Origin: Lingula anatina
Taxonomy: Eukaryota; Animalia; Brachiopoda
Direction of reading: 5' to 3'
Assembly: GCA_051362555.1 (NCBI GenBank)
Contig: CM120646.1
Location: forward strand, 23,560,001 to 23,624,000
Length of the DNA stretch: 64,000 nt
The translations under genes were made by a program, and so were the position numbers. Below the pieces are notes generated by a model that was given only the letters and a program-made list of their open reading frames with translations, had not been told where the DNA came from and ran no database searches. Below, in pieces: positions 13,077-28,000 of this stretch (positions are counted from its first letter, which is position 1; every line of letters begins with the position of its first letter).

Positions 13077-16000
13077 ATCCTTTGTTTTCTCCTTGCGTCA
13101 CAGTCCGTGCGTACTTCCGGGGTCCGCCATTTTTTTACCCCAGAACCAGCCGAGCGTGCCCAGGACAGAGCATGAAAACGTGACGAAGTTTGTTGCTTTT
13201 TATCATAAAGTACAGTCATGCAAGTATGTGGCATAGCTGGATGTACCAATAGACCGAGTTCACAGTAAGGTACTAGTTTCCATAATAGGCCCCATCAAAG
13301 CTGAAGGCGAGGAGACGCAAAAGTTGTTTGAGGAAAGGCGAAGGTTATGGAAGGTGGCAATAAACAAGAAAGATATCACCTCGGAGGAGAAATGGGATGG
13401 AACCATTGTCGGCGGTACGTATAAATTTCATTTGTTTGTGTTTTTTTCAAACTCATAGTGTGTGTGTGATTAGTGACGATGACAACTAGACATGCTCTGC
13501 CTGTCAGGTGTAGTCTTTCTGTCAATCTTAATATGTATTACGTCCTGTTTATGCTGGGCAATTTGTGTCACGTACATGCCTCCTGCTTAATGCACATTTA
13601 ACCACGTTTACTTCATAATACCCATGCAATCCAATGTCTGTATTTGTTAATAAACATATAGGTTTTTATTAACAATGAATTGTTTTTGTCATTTTCTAGG
13701 TATCAAAACCTATCTGCATGACAGTACCAGCCCACCCTGGCTTCCAACATGCCATTCAGCATGTACTCCAGTATCAGCCACCAGTAGATATAGGTGTGCC
13801 AGTCAGCGTGGGGAATAAGGCAACGTGCAGATGCAATAACTTCACTTACACGTATGAACCTTTAAAAAAAACAAGGCCAGGATGTGAACACCCTCAACTT
13901 CAAAATAAGAGTATCAGTGATGGCGAATATTCCTTTTACGCTGGTGAGGGCATTGAACAAGATATTTAGCACACTACCTGTGAAGTACAGGGACCCACAA
14001 ATATCACTTAAGACACACAAACTTTAATAACAATTGAAAATGACAATTAAGTTAGACTTGCAGAGTCTGACAGCAGAGTGCCCTTTACATGTCGTGATCT
14101 ATACAGGTTTGAAGTATATGAAAAAGATCCAAACGAAGTTTAATTTTATACTGGATTGCCCAATTTTTGTTATGCCTTATAAGATTAAGAATGATTTATA
14201 CTTTTCAAGACATGTCAGTTCAGTTAAATGTGTCACTTGCCACAATTCAGGGATGTTTTCATTCCACACTCAGTATTTTTTTTTATAAAAGGCTGAGTAT
14301 TTTGGTGCACTGGCCAGAAAGGGAGTATGTTAGAGAACCGATGCCATGTGTTCAGAAAAGAATTTGATGACAAAGTTGTTTTACTAGATTGCTTCGAACT
14401 CAAAATAGAAAAACCTAGTGAGTCTCTGAACAAGGTGTACACATAATCTAATTACACTCATCACCATACAATTAAGTGTCTGATAGAGATAGCCCCTTAA
14501 GGTTGAATCACTTTTATTTCTGAAGGGTGGGGTGGTAGAACTTCAGATAAACAAGTCACAGAAGAGTGGACTTCTGGACAATCTTTTACCTGGTGATATT
14601 GTCATGGCAGATAGTTTTTCCATTGAAGAATCTGTCAATTTTTACCATGCTAAATTGGCAATTCCCAGTTTTACATGAGGAAGTCACGGGTGTGACTGAA
14701 ATGCGCAATACACTGCAATACAGTGCAACACAGCGCAATACACTTCATAACACAAGTCCAGTTGCAAGTAAACACAGGAAAGTGTAATCTCAAATAAAAT
14801 AGGGTGATATAAAAGCAAAACATAGTACATAGTAATTAATATTACTGATCTAACTTGACAATGTTTTCATTGTTTGGTCAGTCGCCATGTTGGCGAGTAG
14901 CTCTTCTTGGCCAGTAATATATCCAAGAAAAGCCACTCGCCAACATGGCTGCCAACGGGACAATATAAAAGTCTTGCTGATGGGTTAAGTTATATCAACG
15001 ATATTACTTACCTAGTAATATAGGTTGTTTTTATACCACCCTGCTTTGCTGGAAATGGTCATTTCTTTTGTGTAATTGCAACTGGATTTGATTTTTGAAG
15101 TGTATTGAACTGTGTTGCGCTGTATTGCGCTGTATTGCGCATTTCAGTCACACCGGGAAGTCACAGCTGCATCCAATGGAAGTAGAAAAGACAAGAAAAA
15201 TTGCAAATGCATGCATTGATGTAGAACAGGTTATTGGTTTGTTTTGTAGAAAATTAAAAAATTTTGACAGCATTATACCATGGGAGGTTTTGAAGATGAA
15301 AAGTGGAGAGAGTGTACCTTCAATTGACAAAGATGTGAAAGTGTGCTGTTGTCTCACAAATTTATGTCCTTCTGTTGTTCCATTTGGTTAAAGGGAAGGA
15401 ACATGTGAAGAAAAGATTGAAGTGTGTATGTATTTGCTATACATGAAGTATTTTAATTATAAGTAAAACAAAGAAATAAATCCCATGAAAATAAATTCAA
15501 AGTAATTTATTTGCCTTATTTTTTGCTATAAAAAAAATCCACTTGATCACAGAGAAACATGACCAAAATACTTCTACAACTAAGAATAGAAAAAATGTAA
15601 CTTAATTACATTCTAAAATTCCACTGAAACATGGCAAATTCAACTAAAAAATGAATGACAGAATACAAATTGGAGTAAAATTGTTTGAAATAAAAATAAT
15701 TTAACATCACTGCACTGTTGTTATGCACATATTTTGAAGTTCACAACATTTGAATACATTATCACTTGCATAAGATGAGTAATTGGAAAACGTATTTTAA
15801 GGAGGATGGTCTTCACCTCTCAGGATACTACACGTAGTAAGTGATGGACCTTAAATATGAAAAGGGAAAAAATGAGCAATAATTAATACACATGAAAACA
15901 AGAATAGACAGAGCCATATTAGAGTTCATATAGCAACATTTAGAACATATTTGAGGACTGTCAACTGAGGTCTAATTTAATTACTTTTCATGGGCTACTT

Positions 16001-16744
16001 TAACATAAAAGAGGGCAATTTATAATCATTTTTATTTGTACACATCACAGGAAAAAATTCAACATTTCAAATTACCCCTGAGTTTAACACAGTGATGATG
16101 AAACATGAAAAAACTAATCTAAGAGGTGTCTACAGCCAATAGTAAAGAGGGTATTCTCCCCTTCTGCCAGTGATAAAAATTAAGAAATTTGAAATGTCAA
16201 CTCTCATGCAAATAAAAACAACATCAAATCGATTTCACGAAGTTTTAATCTGCATTTATGCAAAATGTTTTATTACCTTAGATCACAACAAGTGAAGACC
16301 ATTCACTTTTTTGTGTAGGACGTCTTTCTCCCATCCATCCTGGAACAGTTTATAAGCTTCCAGCGACTTATAGTTCCTCATTTCCTCCTTAGAGTATGCT
16401 GACTTTTGAAAGATCAGAAAGTGGATTTTGTCTGCTATGTTCACCTCTGGTCATGAGTCTTTGTCTGATGTGTAGTCCTTTGAAGACAGCATGTACGGGT
16501 CTACGGCTACGCCGATCTCTCCAATCTTGGCGTCATAATGTCTGCAGATAACAACTCTCTGTAAGAACTTGACTTCTTCTCCATAACAATTAAAAAAGTA
16601 ACAAATAAACAACCAACAAGTAAAAATTTAACAAGAAAACGGCTAACTTCATGAGCAATGGGAAAGCGTGTAAACATCAGCAGCTCGGGTAGTAAAATGG
16701 CGGACTGTACACTCAAAGTTGTGACGCACGTGAAAAGAAAGGAT
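13077..16744. mobile_element. Decayed ISL2EU-type (PIF/Harbinger-related) transposon: THAP + DDE transposase on +, second gene on -
   Basis: Plus strand: THAP remnant (VCGIAGCTNR..ERRRLWKVAINKK..LHDSTSPPWLPT), then DDE_Tnp_4 motifs (LLDCFELKIEKPS, HHTIKCLI, FISEGWGGRTSDKQVT, VEKTRKIANACIDVEQVIG, CCCLTNLCPSVV) with stops and frameshifts. Minus strand 16280-16560: SAYSKEEMRNYKSLEAYKLFQDGW, typical of the N-terminus of the partner SWIM/YqaJ-type protein. Imperfect inverted ends atccttt(g/c)ttttc...tgcgtcac. Confidence 0.75.
14688..15155. mobile_element. MITE with long TIRs and a 9-bp TSD (Mutator-like), nested in the DDE transposase
   Basis: ggaagtcac|gggtgtgactgaaatgcgcaatacac ... tgtattgcgcatttcagtcacaccg|ggaagtcac. 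The transposase reading resumes (KSQLHPMEVE) after removal. Confidence 0.85.
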
Positions 16745-16972
16745 TCCTAACTACTGAGTTAGGACAAAGGTCTAGTTACATGCACTGTGCAATTACTATT
16801 AATAGATCAGTTGCATACTTGATTGATTTTCCTTAGATGTCGCACGTATGCATTCTTTCTTGAGTGATCTAAAACAAGTCGCTAGTGTACCATGTTTCTC
16901 ACTGTAGCAAAATATGTTCGACATGGCGTTTCTGAACGGCAGCCGGAGACGCAGTAATTGTATAGGCATGGT

Positions 16973-17258
16973 TTAAAGGATTTGCTTCATACCGTCAGAA
17001 TGCCCAACTAACGATATCTTTATCCAAATACACAAATTAAAAGCTCATTTTGTAAATTTTTGGCTTTAAAAAACGTCCTATTTGATCGGCCTGGGAGTTA
17101 AAGGATTTGCTTCATACCGTCAGAATGGCCTCAACGGAACATATTCTTCAGAAAACATGCCCAACTAACGATATCTTTATCCAAATACACAAATTAAAAG
17201 CTCATTTTGTAAATTTTTGGCTTTAAAAAACGTCCTATTTGCTCGGCCTGGGAGTTAA
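16973..17258. repeat. Two-copy tandem duplication (~125 and ~158 bp) bounded by TTAA
   Basis: ttaaaggatttgcttcataccgtcagaatg...cggcctgggagttaa occurs twice; the second copy has ~33 extra bp. Confidence 0.85.
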
Positions 17259-20200
17259 TGAGCTACGTGGTCACGTGGTCCGATGACGACAATCGAGCCA
17301 CTGGAGAACAGAGCGTGCTTAGCTGTCAAACTGAGCTGCATTGTCTACCTGTAAGATGACTTCTCTGGCTTCTGATAAAAGTTAATACTCATTCAAATCT
17401 CTTACCCGAGGGATCTAAATCCTCATGAAGCTGTGTAAAACCATTCCCGTCTAGTCAATTCTTTAACGAGCGTTTAATTATGGTTATCCCAAGTTGTATA
17501 AAACACTGCATTTGAATGAGTAAAGGGTACTGTGGATTATTGCATATGAGGGCCATGTTATTTGTGAAATTCAATTAATTTTATTAAACCGCTGACACTC
17601 CGTCTTGGGTACTTTTCTTAAACTGAGGTAAACGATGCCCGTTACCTTTACAAGTCCCATCTTAATCAACCATCTAACTGGAACTTCCTTTACCTCTTAA
17701 TTAGAGGGTTAAATGGCTGGCGATATTTATCTCAGGTAAAAATCTACCTGTGCTTTAGTTTCAAAGAGCAGCTCCCGCAGACCTGGGGGTACTAGATAAA
17801 ATCTGAACACCGGGTTTATTGAGGAGCTAGAGAAACAAAGGAAGAATTTTTCCTGCACAGCTTCATAGGAATTTTAGCACGGACTTGATCCAGCTTAGAC
17901 CTTCTAATTAACAGGGTGACATGGGCAATTTTCAAATACAAAATAAACAAATAATAAAACTATATTTCAGTTAGCCTCCTCTTAAATAAATATACCGTTC
18001 CGGATAAATAAGAACATTTATTAAATCGACAGAAAAATTTTGACTTAAATGATGATTTTATTATTAATGGAAATTAAGCTACTATATGGGGCACATTTGC
18101 TAAGATTACGCTTTCTTGATGTTTTGCGTTAGTCTACATTTTGCTGTGCGTGCTTGGAATTTTTTTATTTTTTATACTCACGTATGTAAAACTGCACATT
18201 TAGTAAACATTCAAGTAATGATATTTCCCATGCTACTTATAGCAAACAATGCTCTTTTACCTTGATCTGCTACATGTTTTTGGGTTTGACAAAGCATACA
18301 AATTTGCAAAAAGTTTTGTGTACAGACGCAGAACTTGTATTTCAAGGTATAAAATGATAAATCTTTAAAATTATTTTATACTTCAGATGAAATAACATTC
18401 AGAAACAAATCCTCAAAGCATAAACGAATTAGGATTACGAACCATTTTAGTACATAAGTTCCTATTTTTTTCTTTAATATACCGCTCTTTTTTTCTGTTT
18501 GTTCTTCAACACGTTTTCTTCCACGGAAGTAATGCCTGGGCATACGCATGCTTCAAGTTACCCTGAGAGCAATTACTTTTATTAATGTTCGCGACGGTGT
18601 TTGAACTCAATTGTTTAAATATTGATATTAAACGTCATTTACAAATACCAATAAAATCACCCCATGAAATAAATGAGATATTTTGAAAAATATGAAAGCC
18701 CACCAAGACGATTTTGATACCTGTTATTACCTGGGTTGGGAAGTGCAGCGGTGCATAATTAACAGGTTTGTTGTAAACGAGCTTTTGGTCAACTACAATG
18801 CATTTAAAATGCATCAGCAATCAGTAAGTTTGCCAACTGATGACAGTATCTTAAAGACTATCAGCTCTTGATATGATCTAAACCACCTGAGGTGACCATG
18901 ATCTAGAGCATCGCAACTATTGTCACCGAAGTTAGTAAGTTAACCAACCTGTGAACGTTTTTGGCTGTTTTAACAGCTTTCTGTATTGACGAGATAAGTG
19001 AATCGCTGCCAAGTATATCTCACTATCTGAGCAACCGATCGTTACAAAAGTTGCACCTATTGTTGTTAGGAATGTGGACTACAGCATGATATCAGGGGTT
19101 TAAGAGGAAATTGTTTGTTTGAAAGTTATCGCCTTTTGAAGTGAATAACCCATTGAAATATGGGCTGATTTAACGTAAAAGATGATAAAATCAAAAGTAA
19201 ATAGTTTAAGACAATTCCCTGGTACCCCGCTGTAGTGCTTTCACCCAGCTTTATAGGCCTTTTGAATCACTTGAATAGCTGTCTTGGTTATAGAGAAAAT
19301 CCCAATACCGAAAACGGCATTTTTCCCCTCAAATTGGCGCCAGAGCGTCATCCGTTGGACACTCCACTTAATCCCCGTCTTTAATTGGCCTTTTGGGAAG
19401 TTTGTTTTAATTTTTTATAAAAACTTATAAGCCCAGGGCTTTGTTTCTATGACTTTGGACCTTTTACTATCAGTCACCTTAAAACATTTCGAACGTTGTT
19501 ACACCGGTGTACAACGGAAACAAAATTATTACTACCACTGTAACAATTTGCTGTTATTTATATTTTCAGTGCCACAAGTATTTGACTGGGTTATGGTTGC
19601 TGTAACTATTGTCCTGTTGGTGGGAAATTAAGTGCTAGAGATGAGCATTGATTGCGTTGCTTGCTCCACTATCGCAATTGTGCTGAAAATTACTTCAAAC
19701 ATCCTCATTACCTCAAATATACCGCAGACACATTTGCCAAGCGATGTCAGCACGGTGCTCGTATACTGCCCGTAAATACCCTTTTTATGCGTCGCCTGTG
19801 CGGAGGTAAGCGGTGCCGTCCAAAATGGCACACAATCATACAGATTGCTGGCCTCTGAAATATTGTCAAGCTAAAACTTTGCCAAATTTTTGAAATCGTA
19901 AGTCTATATGCCGCAGATGGCATTGTACAGTTGCCGCCCGGACAACGTTCGGTGGATTTGTGGTGATCGTAATAATGGTTGAAGATCTTGTTGCTATTTT
20001 CTTTCTTCTTTGGTGGATAAGAAGGCACAACGATATTTTCCTTCATCCTTCATCCGACAGCATGGGTGATAAAATCGTTGGGAGCTGCACCATCAACGTA
20101 TCGATCATCAAGGAAGCCGCAAGGAAGGCGTACGGCAACTGCACTGAGATTGAAAGGGCTCCCTAAAATCACTTTTCAACTAGAAACCCGATTTATTCCC

Positions 20201-20284
20201 GCGTGACCTCAAGGTCATAGTGGAGAAATGACACGGCACCCGCATGTATTGTACACTTACTCGCAGCAGTCCGAAGCTACTCAA

Positions 20285-20623
20285 AGGGATAATAACTCTT
20301 CGTATGAGATCTATATTTCACAATAAAAACATTGTCAATAACTCATAGAAATATAATATATTCTGTTTTACCACAAAAAAAGGCAGTTATAGCTATTATT
20401 CTGATATCTGAGCTTGTCTATAGACCACGTGACCTCCATTGATGGCTATACTCTGTTAAAATCTCTTAAGAGATTTTCACAAAAAAACAAACTTTTTATA
20501 AAAAAAAACAGGGACTAACTTTGAATGTAAAAATGGATTCATTAACCATTGGTTAGTATGGGAAAATTGTTGTTTACTCCAGGAAAATTAATTTTTTGGC
20601 CGAAACGAAGAGTTATTATCCCT
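20285..20623. mobile_element. MITE with a TTAA-type target (Kolobok-like)
   Basis: tcaa|agggataataactcttcg ... cgaagagttattatccct|ttaa. Confidence 0.65.
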
Positions 20624-20769
20624 TTAAAATGTCAATGCTAAAAAAATTCATACGGAAAAATTGTATACTATCTCATCAAGCGGCGCCAGTGGAAAATGTA
20701 GTCTAGGCATAACAGATAATGTCTGTGTTGAGAAAGAACCACATTTCTTTGGAGTATATACCAAACAGT

Positions 20770-20773
<4 letters not shown>

Positions 20774-20808
<35 letters not shown>
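20774..20808. repeat. (CT)n microsatellite
   Basis: Direct reading of the sequence. Confidence 0.95.
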
Positions 20809-20810
<2 letters not shown>

Positions 20811-22055
20811 GTTAGGACCATATTATTACACATTTGTTTATTACTATAACACCTTTATTGTACTTACTACATGTAACATATGCACTGTACAGGACTTACA
20901 TGGATATTTTACATACATTAGCCTGGAGATAAAATTATGTTTCTTACGTTTCAGATATACTGTATACTGTGTGTTAGCTACTACTTCAAAGAAGTTCCCA
21001 AGGATAAGAAAAAGGTGCGTTTTCACCGTTATTATTATTTTTCCGTGTTCTCTTTAATTTAAACGACTCATCAACCACATTAAAACATATTTCAAGTTGA
21101 AAAATAACAAATGTTGACAATTTTAATTATAGAAATGAAAAACTATGCATAATTCCATGACAAATTATCACACCTTTTGAAACTGAAGTACAACACATTA
21201 CTGTAAATACCTTTTACTTTTTTATAAAAAAGTTCCATTCAGCGAAATTGAAGTTAAAAAATAAAGGAAACACCGTAATATACGATCAAAAGTTATGTCA
21301 TAAAAAGTCATAATATGTACATTTCATATTTCAGAGAGACGATATACAGCTAGACGAGAAAAATCAAGAACATCCAAACAGGAGAAAACATACCATCCGG
21401 TGCCTGAACAGGATCCGGTAGTCATAGACGAAAGCCAACAACATCCTATACTAGATAAAGTGTAAATTTAAAACACTCTGGACACAATCTGTGTTGACAA
21501 CAGGAAGAATAGTCTGTTGATCCCATTAGCTATATTGACAAAAAAACATCATCAAAAATATTTCCTTAAACTATGTTGACAGCGAAAAACATGATCGAAT
21601 TTTCCAAGTTGCCCTCTGAATATATTCTCTACAACTAAACAAATCCAAATGTTATACTCAAGGCACTTTCACAAAGAATACCCCAGCGTCTTTTACAGGG
21701 AGTTTTTTAGGGAGTTTTTTATCGACAAAATGACGCTTTTTGTCTACTCTGGTGTGTGAAATATGAAACGGTCACCAATATTGACAAGTGACAGTGTGGC
21801 ATATTACAGATAAATATGGCACCGTACTTCCGTTATACTTTATCTAGTTATTTATGTGTGGCCGTTTTGTTTACTCTTACAGACAGCCCATCTGTTAGCC
21901 AGAGTCAACAATAAGAAGTGTAGTTTACCTTCCATACAGTTTCTGAATACATAAGGTATAAATAAAATGCGACCCAGAAGATTCATGTGTTCATATTGGC
22001 GCCTTAATTGTCACACGAATGTTATACTGTAGATAATTCCAATATGTGTCGCTGT

Positions 22056-25000
22056 CTAAGTCGCCTCCGTTTCACATATAAAGTTGAAAATGCGGGTGCA
22101 CGGTACGTCATTAAAAAGCCCGCTATACTGCAAGTATAGTGCACAATCTTCGCCGATCCCATAGTCATCTGGTTGAACTAAGAGGGGAATAAAAACCCTG
22201 TTACTCGAGGGAAATTATGGAAATAGGATATCAGTCCAACCAGGTGACTGAGATCGTCTGAAAGCTCAATCAATTTAAAACCAATGATTGGTCTTTATTC
22301 CAACAGCCGTTCTCATTTTTGAGTTTAAATTTCGTATTTTATGCTAGCATTGCCGCTTTATTTCCATTTCTAATTTAGAACACTTCAGTTTGGCAACAAA
22401 AAAAATCAAGGTATATAATATAGTCTGCAAATATTTCATACAAATGTAATGTATATAATTAAAGACTAAAAAATAAAGAAAATAACTCAAACGTACTACA
22501 AATGAAATGGAAACTAAGCGTGTTGTTTACCTGTGGCCCATGCAATAAAAGGTGCTGGAATGTCGCCCCATCCAGACAATACCCAGGTACCCTCGGAGGC
22601 TTCATCTGAAAGTGAAGTCCACCAATTGGCCCTCATGCGTGCTGAAATTCGATAACTGACATTATTGCAGTTGGTACCAACTTATAACTGACTTAGTAGA
22701 TTGCAAGGTGACTACAATATACAAGGCCACAACAGCATTAGAAGGCTAACTTTGAAGATGTAAAGTACGTGTAGGTTACACATACAGATGGTTACATTCG
22801 TGTTGAAAGCTATTGTTTGATATACATGTATCGCTGTAAATCGTTTGTATGCCCACGTCAGATGATGTCCTATCAAAAAATTTCCATACCTTCATCTGCG
22901 GCAAGATACTGCCTAATAAAATTGTGCTCCTCTTCGTCGTTTACGGCGACTAGCCTGGCTCCCATTGACTCACAGTGTAGCTTGGCCTGGTAGAAGTTGG
23001 CCCTCAGTGCCATATTGAAACTGTAGCAACTCCTCTTGTACATAACCTCGAACTGTGGTGGGCACGTCACTAGTCAAAGGTAATGAAAACATTTGTTACA
23101 ATTGATATGCTATATTTCTACTGTATTTGTAAATTGGTAAACACCATACGTTATCACTAGATTATATTCTTGGTGCAAAAATAAGGGAGGTAGAATATTG
23201 ATATCTGTACTGATAGTAATAGATCCAGCAGAAAGCTGTTCTATTTTTCTTTGTTAAGCAAGTAAGCAAGTAATGATGATAACGTGGCCTAATTTTAGAA
23301 ACGCTAGCTGGGATATTAAACCTTAAGTCTTTAAAAGCAAGAACTTGAAATACAATATTTATTTTGAATACAGCCGGTGTGTTTCTAGACATAAATTGCG
23401 GTTACGTTCACAGTATAATCCGCCGTGAAGGACAGGACAGGTACATTGACTAGACCCCTCAGTTATTTGGACACAAGTCCCGCCATTTTTACATCCACAT
23501 TCCTGAAAATAATACAGTAAACAAGCAATGCCGTGGTTCCTCCTGTAGAAATTTTGTTACCAATGTCAGTATTTGTATTTTTTATTATTTCTTTATACTC
23601 TATACACAAATTAAATAATAGACATGGTATCATTCACTCTCACATATTCGCCCCTCATTCTTACGCGTTATTCGTTATCTTATAAAATATTAATTGCATT
23701 TCCCCATTTGATGGTACATTGATTTCCTTAATAACATTTTCATTTGAATTCTAATTTGAATCGACTCTATAAACTATGTAGTCCAGTAAAAAAGAGCGAC
23801 TTAGAATCACTTATTATGCTTCATTAAATAAAGGTATCATTACACCTTTTTATTGATTATGCCATGCAAATTAGTATACATTTCAGACAGCACCTTGTAG
23901 CACGTATTATTGTTGTCGCACTTATGTCTGAAACACAGTTTTATGTAAGGGACAAATTGTTAGAAATCGCTATAACAGTTTTCACCCCTCCCCCCTCCCC
24001 CCCCCCCCCCCCAAAAAAAAGTGCTGGAATTAGCTTATTCATTTAGGTGTATTTTGATGTAACAGCATTATGCATAACATATGACGATGTTTATTTCATT
24101 TTAAACGAATAGGGTTAAAAATCCTAACGTAGACCTATATTGTACTCAGTTCTTCTAATATGATAGTATGGACAATAAAGTTTACGCATAAAGAGTAAAC
24201 AGTGCATTATTTATGTCATGGTGAAACCAAAGATATGGAAACATTGTTCTACAAAGGCAGACAGTTGGTTTGCTAATGTTTTAAATCTTTAGTATTGGTT
24301 GGCTTCACACGGCGTCCTCAGCAGTACTAAACGATTAATCTGTAATTCAACAGATCCGACTTGATAATAGTTATGGTATTGCTTGTGGCATCAACAAAAT
24401 AGATTTTGCTAAGAAAATGTGTGCCACACTTCTTGCAGCAGAATCTTTAAAGGATTTTGCCGATACCATGAGCGACTTTTTCACATTTAAAATCAGTGAT
24501 ATTTATGCTGAACTCAATTATCTGGAAACAAAAATATTACATTCTCATCACATCTCTCAACGCCAGGTTTTCTCACAGAGCCACAATCACCATCACTAGT
24601 TTTTCCCATGGCAACTGCTGATGAAATGATAAATATTATCAATAAATCAAAACGAAAGACAACGTGTAGCTTAGATCCAATACCAACAACTACATTTGCT
24701 CTAATCACCCACATTATTGAAACTTGTTTCATAAATGGAAACACCCCGGATCTAAAATTGTTCGAACATTGCGTTTTGCTGAAGTACAGACCTATTTCAA
24801 ACCTTTAGTTTGTTTCAAAGAAACAGGACACATAAAATAACATTACACAAGACGTACCTCCGTATGGAAATTTGACCATAATTGCAATTAACTATTTCAA
24901 ACCCAAACCATTGTGTATTTTGGTTGACGTCATACTACGTCCTCAGTAAACATTTCATCTGAAACATTCGCTTTTTGTGACATTTATGTCATTGCTTTTT

Positions 25001-28000
25001 GAAACGCGGCCTTTTGTAATAATTTTTATTCAGGGATAATGTAAAATGTGTACAAAAAGGAGATAATTCAATTAACGCTATTTTCGTTGTACCCACACAC
25101 TCACATATAATCACACACACACACACACACATAACACACACACACATAAACACACATCATATCCTATTATGTTACACAAATAGATTTCACTGGTCATAGC
25201 TAGACAATATTTTTTTGTGTATTTGAATATAATTTTGGTTGAAAAGCAAACACTGACACAATAATAGGTATACATCTTGATTTGAGTCTTCAACTACTTT
25301 GGATAACACAGACACGGACATGATACGCCGCCTTAATATGTACTTTGGCATCGACAAATATTAAAAATATATACGGCACTCAGTAAAATTTAATCTTTTT
25401 ACTTCTATTGCAATTTAAACGCATCTTAATGAGTTCATTGCAGTTTTGATTGATTGACTTAACTTTCATCAGTTTCATCATTTCAAACAGAAGGCAGTAT
25501 AAAAATTGGATGTTTTTGTCAGGTACAGGGAAGTGTTACACACTATTACCAGTGCAAATTAGCATTATGTCAAATTAGATACACACGACGCACCATCTAA
25601 ACATACACATCATCTAAGGGCGATCAATAACAAACCTTCTCAAAGGCTCTCATCTATAATTCAACCAATTTGCCAGGTACAGGGAAGTGTTACACACTAT
25701 TACCAGTGCACATTAGCATAATGTCACATAAGATACACAAAACGCATCATCTAAACATACACAGCATTTACCGGCGATTAAAAAACAAACCTTCTCAACG
25801 GCTCTCATCCATAATTCAACCAATTTCACTTACTGTCATTCCTGGTATTGCTAGCTTTGATGAGATAGCTTTTACTAAAACCATGTTAAATTAAACAAAC
25901 AAGTACTTGTCAAAATACATGGTGCCACAATTCAGTTTTGGCCTATGCTGTGATGTGATCGTTTGTGAACAAACACAAATAAAAAAAAAGGTCTGGCATT
26001 TTTTTTATCAAAAATGTATATGCTTTTGAGAAAATCGATATTTCAAAGAAAAATCATAGACATATAGCAAGTGTAGAGCAGGAAATTTCGTTTCAACATT
26101 TCACCAACCCTTGATCAATATTCATTTACCACTTAGCACGATACTACTGTGATCATGTCCTAGTCAAAATTTCAAAGGAAGATGCAATGTGTTGAAATGT
26201 GTGTTTAATAGCTGATGAAAAAGAATAAAAATAAAGTTCAGAATAAATATCAACATTTACATTCATTTATTTATTTATTTCAAATTATATGTGTACAACC
26301 AACAACGTTTATAGAGTGTGTGACTCCAACTGGCACGGAGAGGGTCCGCAACGTGTTTAAGCATGTGGTCCACAAGCACCCCCCCCCCCCCCCCCCCTTC
26401 CAAAAAACACTCTGGAGGATTCTTGCCCATTTTGGGTCAAGGCCGCTGTAGATTCCTGCCGATTGTTAGTGATGGGTCTCTTCCTTGAACTACTTCCCAG
26501 ATTGGTCTCAGATATGGTCTAGGGGTGGTTGTATCTGGGTTTTAGAAGGTTGTTCCATAAGCAGAATGTGGGTCTGTTGGATGCATTCAGGTGGAAAAGG
26601 GCTGTGTTGTCGTATTGTTGTTCTGGATCTGTTTTTGAGAGAATGGTACCGATTTATTTACAAGATGCTGTTGTGTACCAAGCCTGTTTTTATAACAGAA
26701 AGAGACATTACGTACAGATGTTTCAAACCTGAAGATTTTGCTATATTGGTCAGCGGTTTTTGATGATTTCATTTAGACTGTTTTCTGATATTTAAAAGGT
26801 AGCCATGTGACAGCATTTAAGGCTTTCAGGTATGGAAGATTGAAACTGTGCTTGTAGTTCTTCTCTTTTATAAATAATTATAATCGTGTTTTACTTTGAT
26901 TAAGTGCACCATCAAGTTAAGAGAAAATTAGCTTAGGTTAAGCGCCGTTGGCTACTTATATACGTTCTACTGCCCTTCATTTCCTTCATTGATTATAGAC
27001 ATGACTATCACCTCAGTGTCCCCTCTTTACATTGTGCATTGTTCTCTTTCTTTGTCTATCATGTTTAATAAAAAAAAAACTCCGGACAATATCTGTAATA
27101 TTGAAGTCTGCTTCCTCGGCCCAAAGTGGTGACAGTTAGTTCCACAACGGCTCAATATAGTTTAGCGGCAGAAGGCCACAATTTTCAGATTTAGTGTCCC
27201 CTTTATATATGGACCTGTTTTATATTAGGAACAGAACATATACTTATAGCCTCACAAAGAAACATCTCACTAACATCCTTACCTTTACTTTGGAGCCTTA
27301 ACTTTTAACAAGTGCTCACATTCGACCCTGGTAATGTCAAAGGTCACTGCGCACAAGCAAAGCGGCAAAAAATAATCATGTATTCCCGTCTTTACAGCCA
27401 AAATATCAGTATAATTAAAATAAACATTCTTCTAGGATATGACATCCTCTTTGAGTTATATTGTATTACAATTAAATTGTACTCGTTTCCTGTTTTTTTT
27501 TTTTTTTTTTTTTTTTTTTTGTATATAATTTTTAGAGAAGGCATGATCTTTCTGACTAGAAAACTGTACTAAACCTGAGATACCTGAGATGGATGGATAG
27601 AAAACGAAATTTCTCAAAGACTCGCATCTGTAATTCATAATTTAATAATTTCATAATTCATAATTTAAACAAAAAATATATTCCTAAGAAAATGTGTGCC
27701 ACACTTCCTGCAGCAGAATCTTTGAAGGATTTTGCAGATAGCATGAGTGACTTTTTCACATTTAAAATTAGTGATAGTTATGCTGAACTCAATTATCTGG
27801 GAAAAAAACAGGTTTTCTCACGGAGCCACAATCACCATCACTAGTTTTTCTATGGCAACTGCTGATGAAATGATAAATATTATCAATAAATCAAAACAAA
27901 AGACAACGTGTAGCTTAGATCCAATACCAACAACTACATTTGCTCTAATCACCCACATTATTGAAACTTGTTTCATAAATGGAAACACCCCGGATCTAAA

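Noticed and set aside
17415-17880. Inverted match cctcatgaagctgtg / cacagcttcatagg
   Set aside because: Short and degenerate, with no clear termini or TSD.
19200-20280. Relatively GC-rich block with several overlapping ORFs
   Set aside because: No recognisable domain or splice pattern. It is probably transposon-derived, but I cannot classify it or define its ends.
26400-26860. Possible LINE 3' fragment on the - strand (QTHILLME resembling QTPEHIL..C)
   Set aside because: Similarity is too weak to call without a database search.
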